A stretch of DNA of 63,938 nt, taken from contig CM119264.1 in assembly GCA_051294375.1 (NCBI GenBank), positions 19,413,652 to 19,477,589 on the forward strand, written 5' to 3'. The position numbers were made by a program, and so were the translations under genes. The notes beneath the pieces were generated by a model. The model ran no database searches. It saw only the letters and a program-made list of their open reading frames with translations, and was not told the DNA's origin. Source of the DNA: Paraspadella gotoi (Eukaryota > Animalia > Chaetognatha). Shown one piece after another: positions 1 to 10,136 of the stretch; position 1 is the first letter of the stretch; each line of letters begins with the position of its first letter.

Positions 1-789
1 TCTCTCCTTTTTCTGGTAATTTACCTCTCAGTCATTTCGCTTACACCCCATGGTCCTTGTCAGCTTCTTATCAACGTATTGATACTTATTCATAATTTCA
101 TATCAACCTCATCCTCACTTGATTCTTAAACCAACGAAAGGAAGGTTTCGAGAAAGCATGGGGTAAGGAAATTCGGCGTTATTTTCCCATAACATCCCTT
201 TTCATCCTAAATTTAGAATTAAGATAATTTTTCGTTTTAAAACATAGGTTAAAGGTTAGAATTGGGGAATAGTTAAAGAATTAGAGTTATATATTAGGAG
301 AGTGATTACAGTTACGTATTAAATTAAGATTAAAAATTAAGAATAAAAAATCCGGAATTAAAGACAGAAATGGCCACTTTTGGTAAAGAGAGCCAGAAAT
401 TCAAATGTCCATTTGACTTTTCTAACCGAAACTCAATAAATATAACCTCGATAATATTTTTCGTCAAATTCTTTCCTTCATCATCATTTTTTTTCCCGCT
501 CCTCCTCTTACTCCTCCTCTTCCTTTGATCCTCATCCTTTGCAGAGAAGTCGTNNNNNNNNNNNNNNNNNNNNNNNNNNNNNNNNNNNNNNNNNNNNNNN
601 NNNNNNNNNNNNNNNNNNNNNNNNNNNNNNNNNNNNNNNNNNNNNNNNNNNNNNNNNNNNNNNNNNNNNNNNNNNNNNNNNNNNNNNNNNNNNNNNNNNN
701 NNNNNNNNNNNNNNNNNNNNNNNNNNNNNNNNNNNNNNNNNNNNNNNNNNNNNNNNNNNNNNNNNNNNNNNNNNNNNNNNNNNNNNNNN

Positions 790-1060
790 CTCTTTCTATT
801 TTGTTTCTCCCTCTTTTCTTCTTTTTTTTCCCTTCCTTTCATACTTTTTGTATTTTGTTTCTCCATCTTTTCTTTTTTTTTTACCTCCTTTCATACTCTT
901 TGTATTTTGTTTCTCAATTTTTTCTTCTTTTTTTTCACCTCCTTTNNNNNNNNNNTTTGTTTCTCCCTCTTCTCTTCTTATTTTTTCCTACTTTCATACT
1001 CTTTCTATTTTGTTTCTCCCTCTTTTCTACTTTTTTTTCTTCCTTTCGTACACTTTTACT
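790..1060. repeat. ~52-bp pyrimidine-rich minisatellite
   Basis: About 5 copies of TATTTTGTTTCTCC...CTTTCATACT, adjacent to N gaps. Confidence 0.7.
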
Positions 1061-1830
1061 TTTCTGCTTTATACTTTCTTATCATTTCACAAAGGCAATT
1101 CCGTTCCAGTTCCACGTTATATGTTTTTCGTGACATCCCTGAGTCATTTGTTTCACTTTTCATATTTTTCCTCTTTTCTATTTATTTCATTTTCTTATTT
1201 CCTTTTTCATCCCCTCCCTCCATCTATCGACTTTCATTCCTCTTCTTCACTGAAGCACCTGAGAATTCGCCGTTGCTGTCGCCATCCCGCGGACCAGAAG
1301 CCAATTTTCGCGGAGCTGAAGGAAATAAAAAAAGTAAGACGTCGTCTTCGTCATCTTCGTCGTCTTAGTGGTGGTCAACATCTTGGGTGTCATCTTCGTC
1401 ATAATCTTTAACATCTTAATTATCCTCGTTGTTTTTACGGTGCCTATTAAGTGAACGTCGCTGACAGTCTGTTCTCGCGCATTCTTGTTTCTTGATTGAA
1501 AACGTTATCGTTATCGTCGTCTTTCTCGTCGTCGCCATCGTCGTCCTTCCTCACTTTCGAAATTGTTTTTTTCCATCACTTTCCCGGCGGATCTCGGTCA
1601 TCTTTCAAATTGCCGTCTGCTCTTTCTTGTCTTCTTAAAGACGCTTGTCTAAAAAACGCGTTCCTTTGATGGCACGAATTTATCATCCAAATGGCTAAAA
1701 TGGCTCGAATCAAAACCTGGTCTCGTCATATCTTTTTCCTATAGGTTGTTAATTTAGCCTTGTCAACCACATTTTTTGTTTTGATAGGGGAATTTTAAGC
1801 CTGATACATCGTATCTAATTTTCATAGAAA

Positions 1831-2190
1831 TAGTAAGGCGGGCCAAAATTTATCACTTTTTATCATTAGGAGTTCTGTAATAGAAAATTTATCAGTATAT
1901 TACTATCACTTTTTTAACGAGTGAAGCACACTATAATATTGAAGCATTTAAATATTTATAAATGCATACTGCATGGTTCACTCATAATATTCATCAATAA
2001 ACAAAAAACTTAATAAACCTTTATCTAACTTTTTAAAGCTTTATCAGAATCTATTAAACAAATTGAAAAACTAAAAAAAAATTTTAAACTATATATAGTT
2101 ACTAATAATAATCTTTAAAATGCTTCCGTGCCGCATTATTCAATAAGATAAATTTTAAAAAAATTTATTTTCATTTTCATATTCTTTTCG
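1831..2190 (+). mobile_element. Dispersed copy of the AGTAAGGCGGGCCAAAA element family
   Basis: Has the terminal motif plus ~200 bp highly similar to 19135-19330. Confidence 0.55.
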
Positions 2191-2394
2191 TCACTCTTAT
2201 CCCTCACTCTCTCCTTCTCTCGCTCACTCTCGAATTCCTTCATTCCTTCTCTTTGTCACTCGAGTCTCTCTCTCACATCTCCTTTCTTTTTATAGCAATA
2301 TTGCGACGAGATCCATTATATGCCTTTTACAAGATTTTTTTAACTTGCATATTTTTTTTTTCAACTTTGCATAATTATTTTCAACTTGCATTCC

Positions 2395-3617
2395 GTTTAC
2401 TTGTTATCTAGCTTCTTTATTCACTTCAACTTTCCTACCGCTCATACAAAATTTCATCTCAATCTACTCATGGGTTAAAATAAATAAAAAGATTCAAGTA
2501 AATGTGACCCTTTTTTTTTCATTTTCCAAACCAAATTTTCCACTGGTGACGTTTCCAACTGAACTTTATATCCAAGCTTCGTCAATACGTTTTCCTACCA
2601 CACACAAAGTTTCAAACTCAATCTATCCTGCACAATGTATGATTAATAGGAAGTATTTATATTTGTGAGGTCACAAAATTAGTTTAAATAAAAGATTTTA
2701 GTAAATTCAGGATTTTGTTTTTTTTTACATCATCATTTCAACTAATTTCCACTCACAGACGATTCCATCGAAATTTTATATCCAGCTTTATCAACTACAC
2801 GTTTTCCCTACCCCACGTAACACATTTTCAATCTCAACTGCCTTCTGAGTTTGGCTTTTTTTGCTAAGTGGGTGACTTTTGGCGGATTGATTCGGACTAA
2901 TTAATTAATTATTGATTAATTTATTTACTAACTTGATTTTAACTGTTAATTATATTGGATTTATTAACACAGTCTCCTATGCACAAGATAACATTTAATA
3001 TAAAAGGAAAAAGAAGCAATAATACAAAGTTAGTATAAGCGGTTTATTTTGTTTTTTTGTTCCATTTTAAAACTCATTTCCACTCAAACTATATCCAAAT
3101 TTCGAAACTATGTATTTCTCTGTTCAAAATTCACAGAGCTTTCCCTAACTACCACATAGTTCCTAATATCCAGTGTTACAATCAATGACCACTCCTCATT
3201 GGAGCTGGTGTTCTTTAGTAATATTTTTTTTGTTTTTTTTCCATTTAACTCATTATTCTGGGGAGGGGAGGTCACATCGAAACTTAATAATCGATCCAAT
3301 CACACATAACACCTTCTTTAAATCCATTCCATCCAAATTCACGAGCTAATGATGCTTTTTTGCTAAGGGTAGGGACGGACGGACGGGGGAGGGGGCGGAC
3401 GGACGGACGGACGAGACGGACGGAACGGACATCATTTTTTTTGCAATAATTTATTCTAAATTCGATGTTCTGATCATGAATTAAGTGGGGGGGGGGGGGG
3501 GGGGGGGGGGTGTGCCGCGACAATATTGAGGGGGCGGACCGACGGACCGAAAAAAGTGAGTTATAAAAAGTGAGTTATAGAGTCGGGATCTGCTGATAAG
3601 CAGATCCGACTAAAAAA
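2395..3617 (-). mobile_element. Helentron-associated non-autonomous element (DINE-1/HINE-like) with internal ~190-bp repeats
   Basis: Terminal hairpin AGTCGG(G)ATCTGCT-gata-AGCAGATCCGACT (3581-3611) next to an A tract, a (GGAC)n microsatellite at 3374-3430, then degenerate ~190-bp units. The left boundary is uncertain. Confidence 0.65.
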
Positions 3618-3619
3618 CA

Positions 3620-5030
3620 AAAGTCCATATTTACTACTTGAAGTATTTTTTTTACTTAAATTTACTTCATATTATTAATAGTTTATTAAAATTGGATGTA
3701 ATGAAAATTGATTTTGTGTTTGTGGGTAGGAAAGTATGTGATTAAAGCTGGATTTTATTTGGAAGTGTAGGCGTGGAAAAGAGTTCCAATTAGAAAACCA
3801 AAAAGACACATTTATTTTGGAATTTTTTAAAGTTTTCTTCTCTCTCTCTCTGATTGATTGAATTGATTGATATGATTGATTGATTGATTGACCAAATTAG
3901 TGCTAATTGCATATAATGCCAGTTGAGGTAAAGACCAAATTCTGCAAGTTAATCAAGTTTTGCAAGTTGACCAAATTAATGCTGTTGAACCACGAAATTA
4001 AGGCTAAGTTGATAAAATTAATGGCCAGTTACATTATGCCGGTTGACCCAAATTTATCTTAATTGGATCAAATTAATGTCAGTTGACCAAATTATGTCAG
4101 TTGACCAAATGTATGTCAGTAGACAATTTATGTCAGTTAAACCCAAATTATGTCAGTTGACCAATTTATGCAAAGTTGAATTAAATTATGCAAGTTGACC
4201 AAACGATAGCTTAATTTACCACTTAATTATGCGATTGACCTGGAATTTTGTATGTGAGTAGAAAGTGGTGTGATGAACCAGGAACCCAAGTTTCGATGGA
4301 ATCTTTTTGAAGTGGAAATGAAGTTTAATGGAAAAAAAACAAAAAACCTGTTTTCACTAAATTTAATTATGCTCTTTTTTCACTTTTATATTAATGTTAT
4401 ATGCAGGATGTATTAATAAGTCCAAATAATTAATCAGTTTATTAATCAATTAGTCAATTAATTAATCCAATAATTAATTAATCAGTCAATTTCAATCCGT
4501 CCATTCTCCGTCCCACCTTAGCAAAAAGCTCAAATTAACTCGTGATTTGGCTGGTTGATTGAAAATGAAATTTTTGTGTGGTGGGTAGGAAAGTGTGTGA
4601 TAAAGCTTGGATATAAAGTTTTCGAACGGAATCGTGTGAGTGGAAATGAGTTTAAGTGGAAAAAAACATAAGTCGCATTTTACTAAAAACATCTTTTTAA
4701 CTTATTTAACAATAAGTACTCTAATAATCATCAATTGGATTGGAATTAGATTGAGTTCAAATTTTTTTGTGTGGGTAGAAAAATGTGTATCGATGCTTGA
4801 TTATAAAGTTTCGGTTGGAAACGTACGAGTGGAAATGAGTTTAAAATGAAAAAAAATATGAGTCACAATTTACTTGAATGCTTTTTAATTCTTTTACCCA
4901 TAAATAGATTTGAGAATGAAATTTTTGTGAGCGGGGTAGGAAAGTGTGGTGAAAAAGCTAGATATAAAGTTTTTGGAAAACGGAAATTGAGGTTTAAATG
5001 GAAAAAAAAAAAAGTCACATTTACTTGAAG
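3620..5030 (+). repeat. Oppositely oriented array of the same ~190-bp HINE core repeats
   Basis: Repeated GGGTAGGAAAGTG...AAAGCT..GATATAAAGTTT...GTGGAAATGAGTTT units at ~3720, 4255, 4580, 4770 and 4930. 4240-4985 is an imperfect reverse complement of 2395-3190. Confidence 0.75.
3888..4240. repeat. ~18-20-bp minisatellite (GTTGACCAAATTATGTCA-like)
   Basis: More than 10 degenerate tandem copies are visible. Confidence 0.8.
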
Positions 5031-5052
5031 CAAAGAGAGAGAGAGAGAGAGA

Positions 5053-5088
<36 letters not shown>

Positions 5089-5128
5089 AGCAGTAAAATG
5101 AGCATAAGGATCGTCCGCAATTTCAAAA

Positions 5129-5160
<32 letters not shown>

Positions 5161-5348
5161 AAGGAAGATAGAAAGAGAGAGAGTCCGAGATAAAAATTTA
5201 GACGAATAAAAAAAAAAGTTGTTATTTTACTCACATGAATGAAAATACTTAAAAATACTTAACAAAAATTACAATAAAATTATAAAAATATTATTCCGAT
5301 AACATTGTTTAATCAACATGCAATATATCTAGTAAGGCCTAATAATCT

Positions 5349-5505
5349 AGTAAGGGCGGGCAAAATTGAACACTTTTATAACTTCTAGTTTCTCTTTAAA
5401 TTTTTTTTTCTTTTACTTACTAAATGTCGATTTTTCAATATAACTTTTTGAAATTAGTTCATTTGGGTTGTTTGCATGAAGCTTTTAATATTTATTAATA
5501 TAACA
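5349..5505 (+). mobile_element. Truncated copy of the AGTAAGGCGGGCCAAAA element family
   Basis: Aligns by eye with 18903-19055 (tcgatttt...caata...gaattagttca...gggttg). Confidence 0.55.
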
Positions 5506-6050
5506 ATAATATATAAGTCTTGACGAGAATTGTGCCAGGGGAAATGAGTTTTTAGATGGAAAAAACATAAGTCAACATTTACATGAATCTTTTAATGTTA
5601 ATGATTACTAAATAAATGTTTTAAATTAATTAATTAATTAAATTAATTAATTAATTAATTAATGTGAAAAAATGATGCAAGTTAAAAAAAATCTGAAAAA
5701 AGCCATAAAGATCGTCGAAAATTGGCAGAAAAAGAGAGAGAGAGAGAGAGAGAGAGAGTGAGTGAGAGAGAGAGAGAGAAGGAGACATAAAATAAAATAG
5801 AGATTTGTTTGTTTTTGATAAAAATGTAAACAAAACATATTTTAATAACTGTCCTAACACCAAATTTTAAGGACATCGATGAATGATAAGTTGAATATAA
5901 ATTTAAAAATTAATTATTACATATTAAAAATTAATTAATTAATATAATTAATCGGATTAATTAATTAATTAATTAATTATCGTAAGGCAGATCGCGACAG
6001 TTGTGTTTTGCTCAAAGCTTGTTTCGGGTTAATTTTACTTTCGCCGAACC

Positions 6051-6150
6051 AGGGGTTAGGGGGGGGTTAGGGTTAAGGGTGGTTATTAGGGGTGGGGTTA
6101 GGGTTAGAGGTGGTTAGGGTTCAGATGGTTTATGGTTAGGGGTAATTAGG
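6051..6150 (+). repeat. Degenerate interstitial (TTAGGG)n-like tract
   Basis: Several TTAGGG units and variants (ggttagggttaagggt...gggttagggttagagg...ggttagggtt). Confidence 0.75.
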
Positions 6151-7431
6151 TGATAATTTTTTTTAAAATTTTGCATATTCATAACGTTTTCTTTTTTTTT
6201 TCAAACGCGCTGAAGAAGGTTTAAAAAATTAAACCGAAAAAGGTCCGATATATTAAATGTTACCTCGTTGTTAATGAAAAAAAAATCTCTACAACTTTGT
6301 AACTCTATAAATTTTTTTTAAAAAATAAGTATTTTTAATTGATTTTTCAAAAGACGCCCAACCCCAGTCGGCCAAGTACTTTTTCTATTTTTTCTCGGCG
6401 TCGAGTTGAAGCCCCCGAGGTGTGGGGTGAGTTTCAAGTTGCAATCGAACCTGACTGGTTAAGATTGCATCCCAGTCGGATCCGAATTGTGAGGGGTCTG
6501 ATCGCATAGAATGCCGGTATGATCGCATAATAAAGAGAAATCACTACGAAACGATTGCATTACTGTTTGGAAATGCGAGCACGGGAATTTCGTGGGGTGC
6601 GAAATGTGCACCAATGTGCACATGTGTTAGCTCTTGATAAAACACTAATAATTTATGGTGGGATCATACTCCCCGGTGATCTCGCTCATTATCCAACCCA
6701 GACCAGGCCAGGCTTTCCAGCCGACTTTCATATTTCAGCCGCGTTTTGATATTAAATTTTAATGTGGTTACAAAAATTGTGTTTCGAAGGCGACGAAGAT
6801 TCGCTCTACGATTTACTTACGATTTCACAACCAAACTTCTTAACGCTTAACACCAGAAAAAAATTATGTTTTCTACTGGAAGAATCGATCGTGTTTAAAA
6901 AACATTAGAATGCTAGTGCTCCAATGGTCGAGAGCGTGGTGTATCGGACGCGTTGATTGGTAGATTTTGTCGTTCTACAAACACGCTCATTGGTTGATCC
7001 AGGTCTTCATTGGTCGAGACTCTCGATTTCGCCGCTGTCGAAAACAGAAAAACCAAGCTTCTCGAAAAAAAAAGTTTTTTTTTATATATATATGAGTCGA
7101 GAAAAGAAGAAATGTTTTTTATAAACACCCTATATTTTTGACTGATTATTGACAAAACCAACGGCGAGATGGACAAATAAAGATATTGTGATTTTTCAGT
7201 GATCAAAAAATACGGAAATAAACGATCACAACACGGGAAACAAAATACAAATTAATTGGCGATGGAAACCAAATGTTCCATCTCGCGTTATAAGCAGTAG
7301 TAAAAGAATTCGATCATTGTTATAAAAATCACTGGATTTGTATTATAATGTCTTCGCTACCGAAATGAATAATAAAAATAATATTATTTATTCGAGCGGA
7401 AAATTCCTGTCATTCTCATTGACCTCAAAAG

Positions 7432-7529
7432 AGGATGATGAGGAAAGCGACGACGAAGACAAAAGAGGTGCGACGACGAACGACGACGACGACGACGACG
7501 ATGATATGATGATGATGACGATGGATGAA

Positions 7530-7570
<41 letters not shown>

Positions 7571-7782
7571 ATGATGATGCTGATGATGACGATGATGAGG
7601 GATTACGATCAGATTTTATCAACAAAGATGATGTATCCGAATCCAAATTCGTTTTGGTTGAAAACGATTATGTTTACGACAAAATAAAAGGGAAACGACG
7701 ACGACGAAAAACGACGACGACGATAACGATAACAACGACCGATAACCACAACGAAGATGACCACAACGACGATCTGTCTTGA
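7432..7782 (+). CDS. Possible terminal exon of a convergent gene: Asp-rich tail with LRSDFINKDDVSESKFVLVENDYVYDKIKG
   Basis: Weak acceptor ctcaaaag|. (GAC/GAT)n tracts flank a non-repetitive protein-like segment. Frameshifts fall inside the trinucleotide tract. Confidence 0.35.
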
Positions 7783-8328
7783 GTCGCACGCAAACCGACT
7801 TTCCAAAGTTTTTGGCGTCCGGTCATTTTGTCCATCCGTCTATCCTCCTCGATGGAAACTCTGGAGTCAGAATTCCTGCCTGTCCGCCCGTTCTGTACTC
7901 GATTTTCATCTTGATCAAGTACTTATTCTCTCTCTCTCTCTCTCTCTACTCCTCTCTCTCTCTCTCTTCTCTCTGTTAGATTTCGTTTTCGCGCCTGACC
8001 TCGAACCCGGACCTTAGACTATTTTCCAGCCTTCTAGTCGAACTCATCTTTCATGGAGAAGCAAAAAAACTATTAGACGAACCTGAATCTATTACACAAT
8101 AATTACTATGCAGCGCTTTGTTATTCAAAACTGTTTAAACATTATATTTTTTTTTTTTTTTTTTGTCGGGTCACGTTACCCATTTTCGCCGACAGGGTAC
8201 GAAAAGAGGTAAAAAAAGCCACTGTTGTCTTTATTCTTATTACGAACAGTCTCGCAGATGTTTTACAGATGATTTACAGACGTTTACAGCCGCCATTTCG
8301 CACTGTTTTCTTTTCACGATCCCGATTT

Positions 8329-8548
8329 TTAGTCGAATCTCCTTAAATCTTCTTTTCCTTTTTCAAGCGACGCAAATATTCCTCCCTTCCTCTTCCGATC
8401 CTCTTCCTCCTCCTCCTCGTCCTCCTCCATCCCTCCCCCCGTCGCCTCCCAATCGATGCTCCCCCCTTCCTCCCCCTCCTCTCCCCCAACACCAGACTCT
8501 TGATCGCCTCTACTTTGTTGTGTTTTTCCGTCGGAGGCGCTCGCGAAC
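8329..8548 (-). CDS. Probable terminal coding exon (FASASDGK...SIDWEATGGGMEEDEEEEEEDRKRKGGIFASLEKGKEDLRRFD* or an alternative basic frame)
   Basis: Acceptor ccatttcag|. Two frames stay open for ~70 codons to stops at ~8329-8345. Confidence 0.45.
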
Positions 8549-8955
8549 CTGAAATGGATCGGGTGAGGTGGGAAAGTGGAAAAAAAGGTGAGGTAAATAT
8601 GAAGTAATTATTTCTCTCTGTCTCTTATCCACTTCTCTCCTCTTTTCTCTCTCCCGCTTTCTTCAGCTTTCTCTCTTTTTTCTTTGACTCGCTCTCTTTC
8701 TTTCTCTGTCCCTATGAAGACTATGTCTCTCACTTTACTTTCTTCTTTCTTTCTATGTTTTCTTTGCTATTTTTCTGTGTCTCTTTTCCTTAGATTTTGT
8801 CTTACCCGTCTTAAAACTCTTCTCTTTCCCCCCAATTTAACACTCTGTTTCACCTCCTCATTTTCCTTCTATTCGATAAAGACCGACCCCCTTCTCTCTC
8901 CCCCCTCTCCATCCACCCTACCTCTCCTCTCCCCCCCCTCCCCCTCACTCCTCAC

Positions 8956-9099
8956 CTCGTTCAATCTCCTCTCTCTCTTCTCGGTGCCTCGGCCTTTTTC
9001 CTCGTTCGCCTCCTCCTCCTTTCTCCCTCAAACTGTCGGGCGAGGGCGTTGTTCGCTTGTTCGGTTTTCTCGGTCCTTGTGTCTCGCGCGCGAGCGAAC
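8956..9099 (-). CDS. Next exon of the same gene, charged and probably coiled-coil (E/K/R-rich); frame uncertain
   Basis: Acceptor tttcctcatcctccgccag| and donor |gtgagg. 144 bp and purine-rich. One frame is fully open; another reads ARARDTRTEKTEQANNALARQFE. Confidence 0.55.
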
Positions 9100-9411
9100 C
9101 TGGCGGAGGATGAGGAAAACGAATGGGCAAGGGATTTATTTATGTTCGAAAAACAAAAGACAACAACATGATCAAAATATTGCGCAAACATTTCAAAAGG
9201 AAACCATCTTTGCAGAATCTCGTCAAAATCCCTAAATCCCGAGCTTAAACTCTTTCATCGGAATTCTTTTCAAACTTCCTATTCCATCTGAAATCCTCCA
9301 AATCCCTTGACTTACCTCTTCTATTTGCCAATCCAAAATTACTTTTTCCCCCCCAACCTCATCGCCTCAGCTTTCCATCTGAAAATCCCCCAATTCCCCG
9401 CCACACCTCAC

Positions 9412-9550
9412 CTCTTCCATTCTGCCGTCTCCTATTGGTCTCGGCCTTGCGTTGCTTCTCCTCAATCTCCTGAGGACTTATTTTCTTTTTGAGTCTTTTC
9501 TGCCAGCCTTTTTTTCCAACTGAAACTTTGCAGTTTGCGAGGGGGCGGAC
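9412..9550 (-). CDS. Exon with a stathmin-like motif (...KKKISPQEIEEKQRKAETNRRRQ)
   Basis: Acceptor cccatctccag| and donor |gtgagg, 139 bp. S-x-x-E-I-E-E-K-x-R-x-A-E-x-x-R-R resembles stathmin SLEEIQKKLEAAEERRK. Confidence 0.6.
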
Positions 9551-10111
9551 CTGGAGATGGGGGTGGGAGAGAGGAGATGGGTTGTAGATGGGATAGAGAT
9601 GGGGGAGGTGAAAGAACAGGGGGTTGAGATGATGGTGTTTGGCGTTTATTGTTGGCAACGGGATAAACTAAGAAATGGTTTCTTTAATAGATGAGCACCG
9701 ATTATCTGATGCCTTTTCATGGGCAAGATAGCTTAGTTATTATATTAATAATTAATGTATAATTATTTCAAATGAAATGTTTTTGGTCTTTGCTTGCCAT
9801 GACGAAAATGGAAAAAAAATCGTTTTTATGAGCTAAGTATTTTTCTTCATTTTTTCTATTGGCAGTGGATTTTGATTTGGGTATTTTCCAACAATTGAAA
9901 ATTGACACTTAAATACTATTAATTTATTTTTCCCACTGATAAATATGAAACTTTCTTTATTTAAAAAAACGGTTTGGCATTAGTTATCTTCTCCTTATAA
10001 CATAGAACTCACTGGGTGAATTTCTATGCTTCAAAATACCGGTAAGACATGATTTTCTTTCAAGTTAATCATTCCAATTACGGTATCAAAGCCTTTATTA
10101 AAAAGAAACTA

Positions 10112-10136
10112 NNNNNNNNNNNNNNNNNNNNNNNNN
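10112..10136. other. 25-N scaffold gap bounding the left arm of the inverted duplication
   Basis: Exactly 25 N. Other gaps are at 554-789, 946-955, 20726-21190 and 22078-22303. Confidence 0.97.

Noticed and set aside
1260-1368. Possible + strand exon (PENSPLLSPSRGPEANFRGAEGNKKSK...)
   Set aside because: Short and low-complexity, with no partner exons identified. Evidence is insufficient.
3888-4240. Short repeats superficially like a CRISPR array
   Set aside because: They are head-to-tail degenerate tandem units without unique spacers, in a eukaryotic context with no cas genes.
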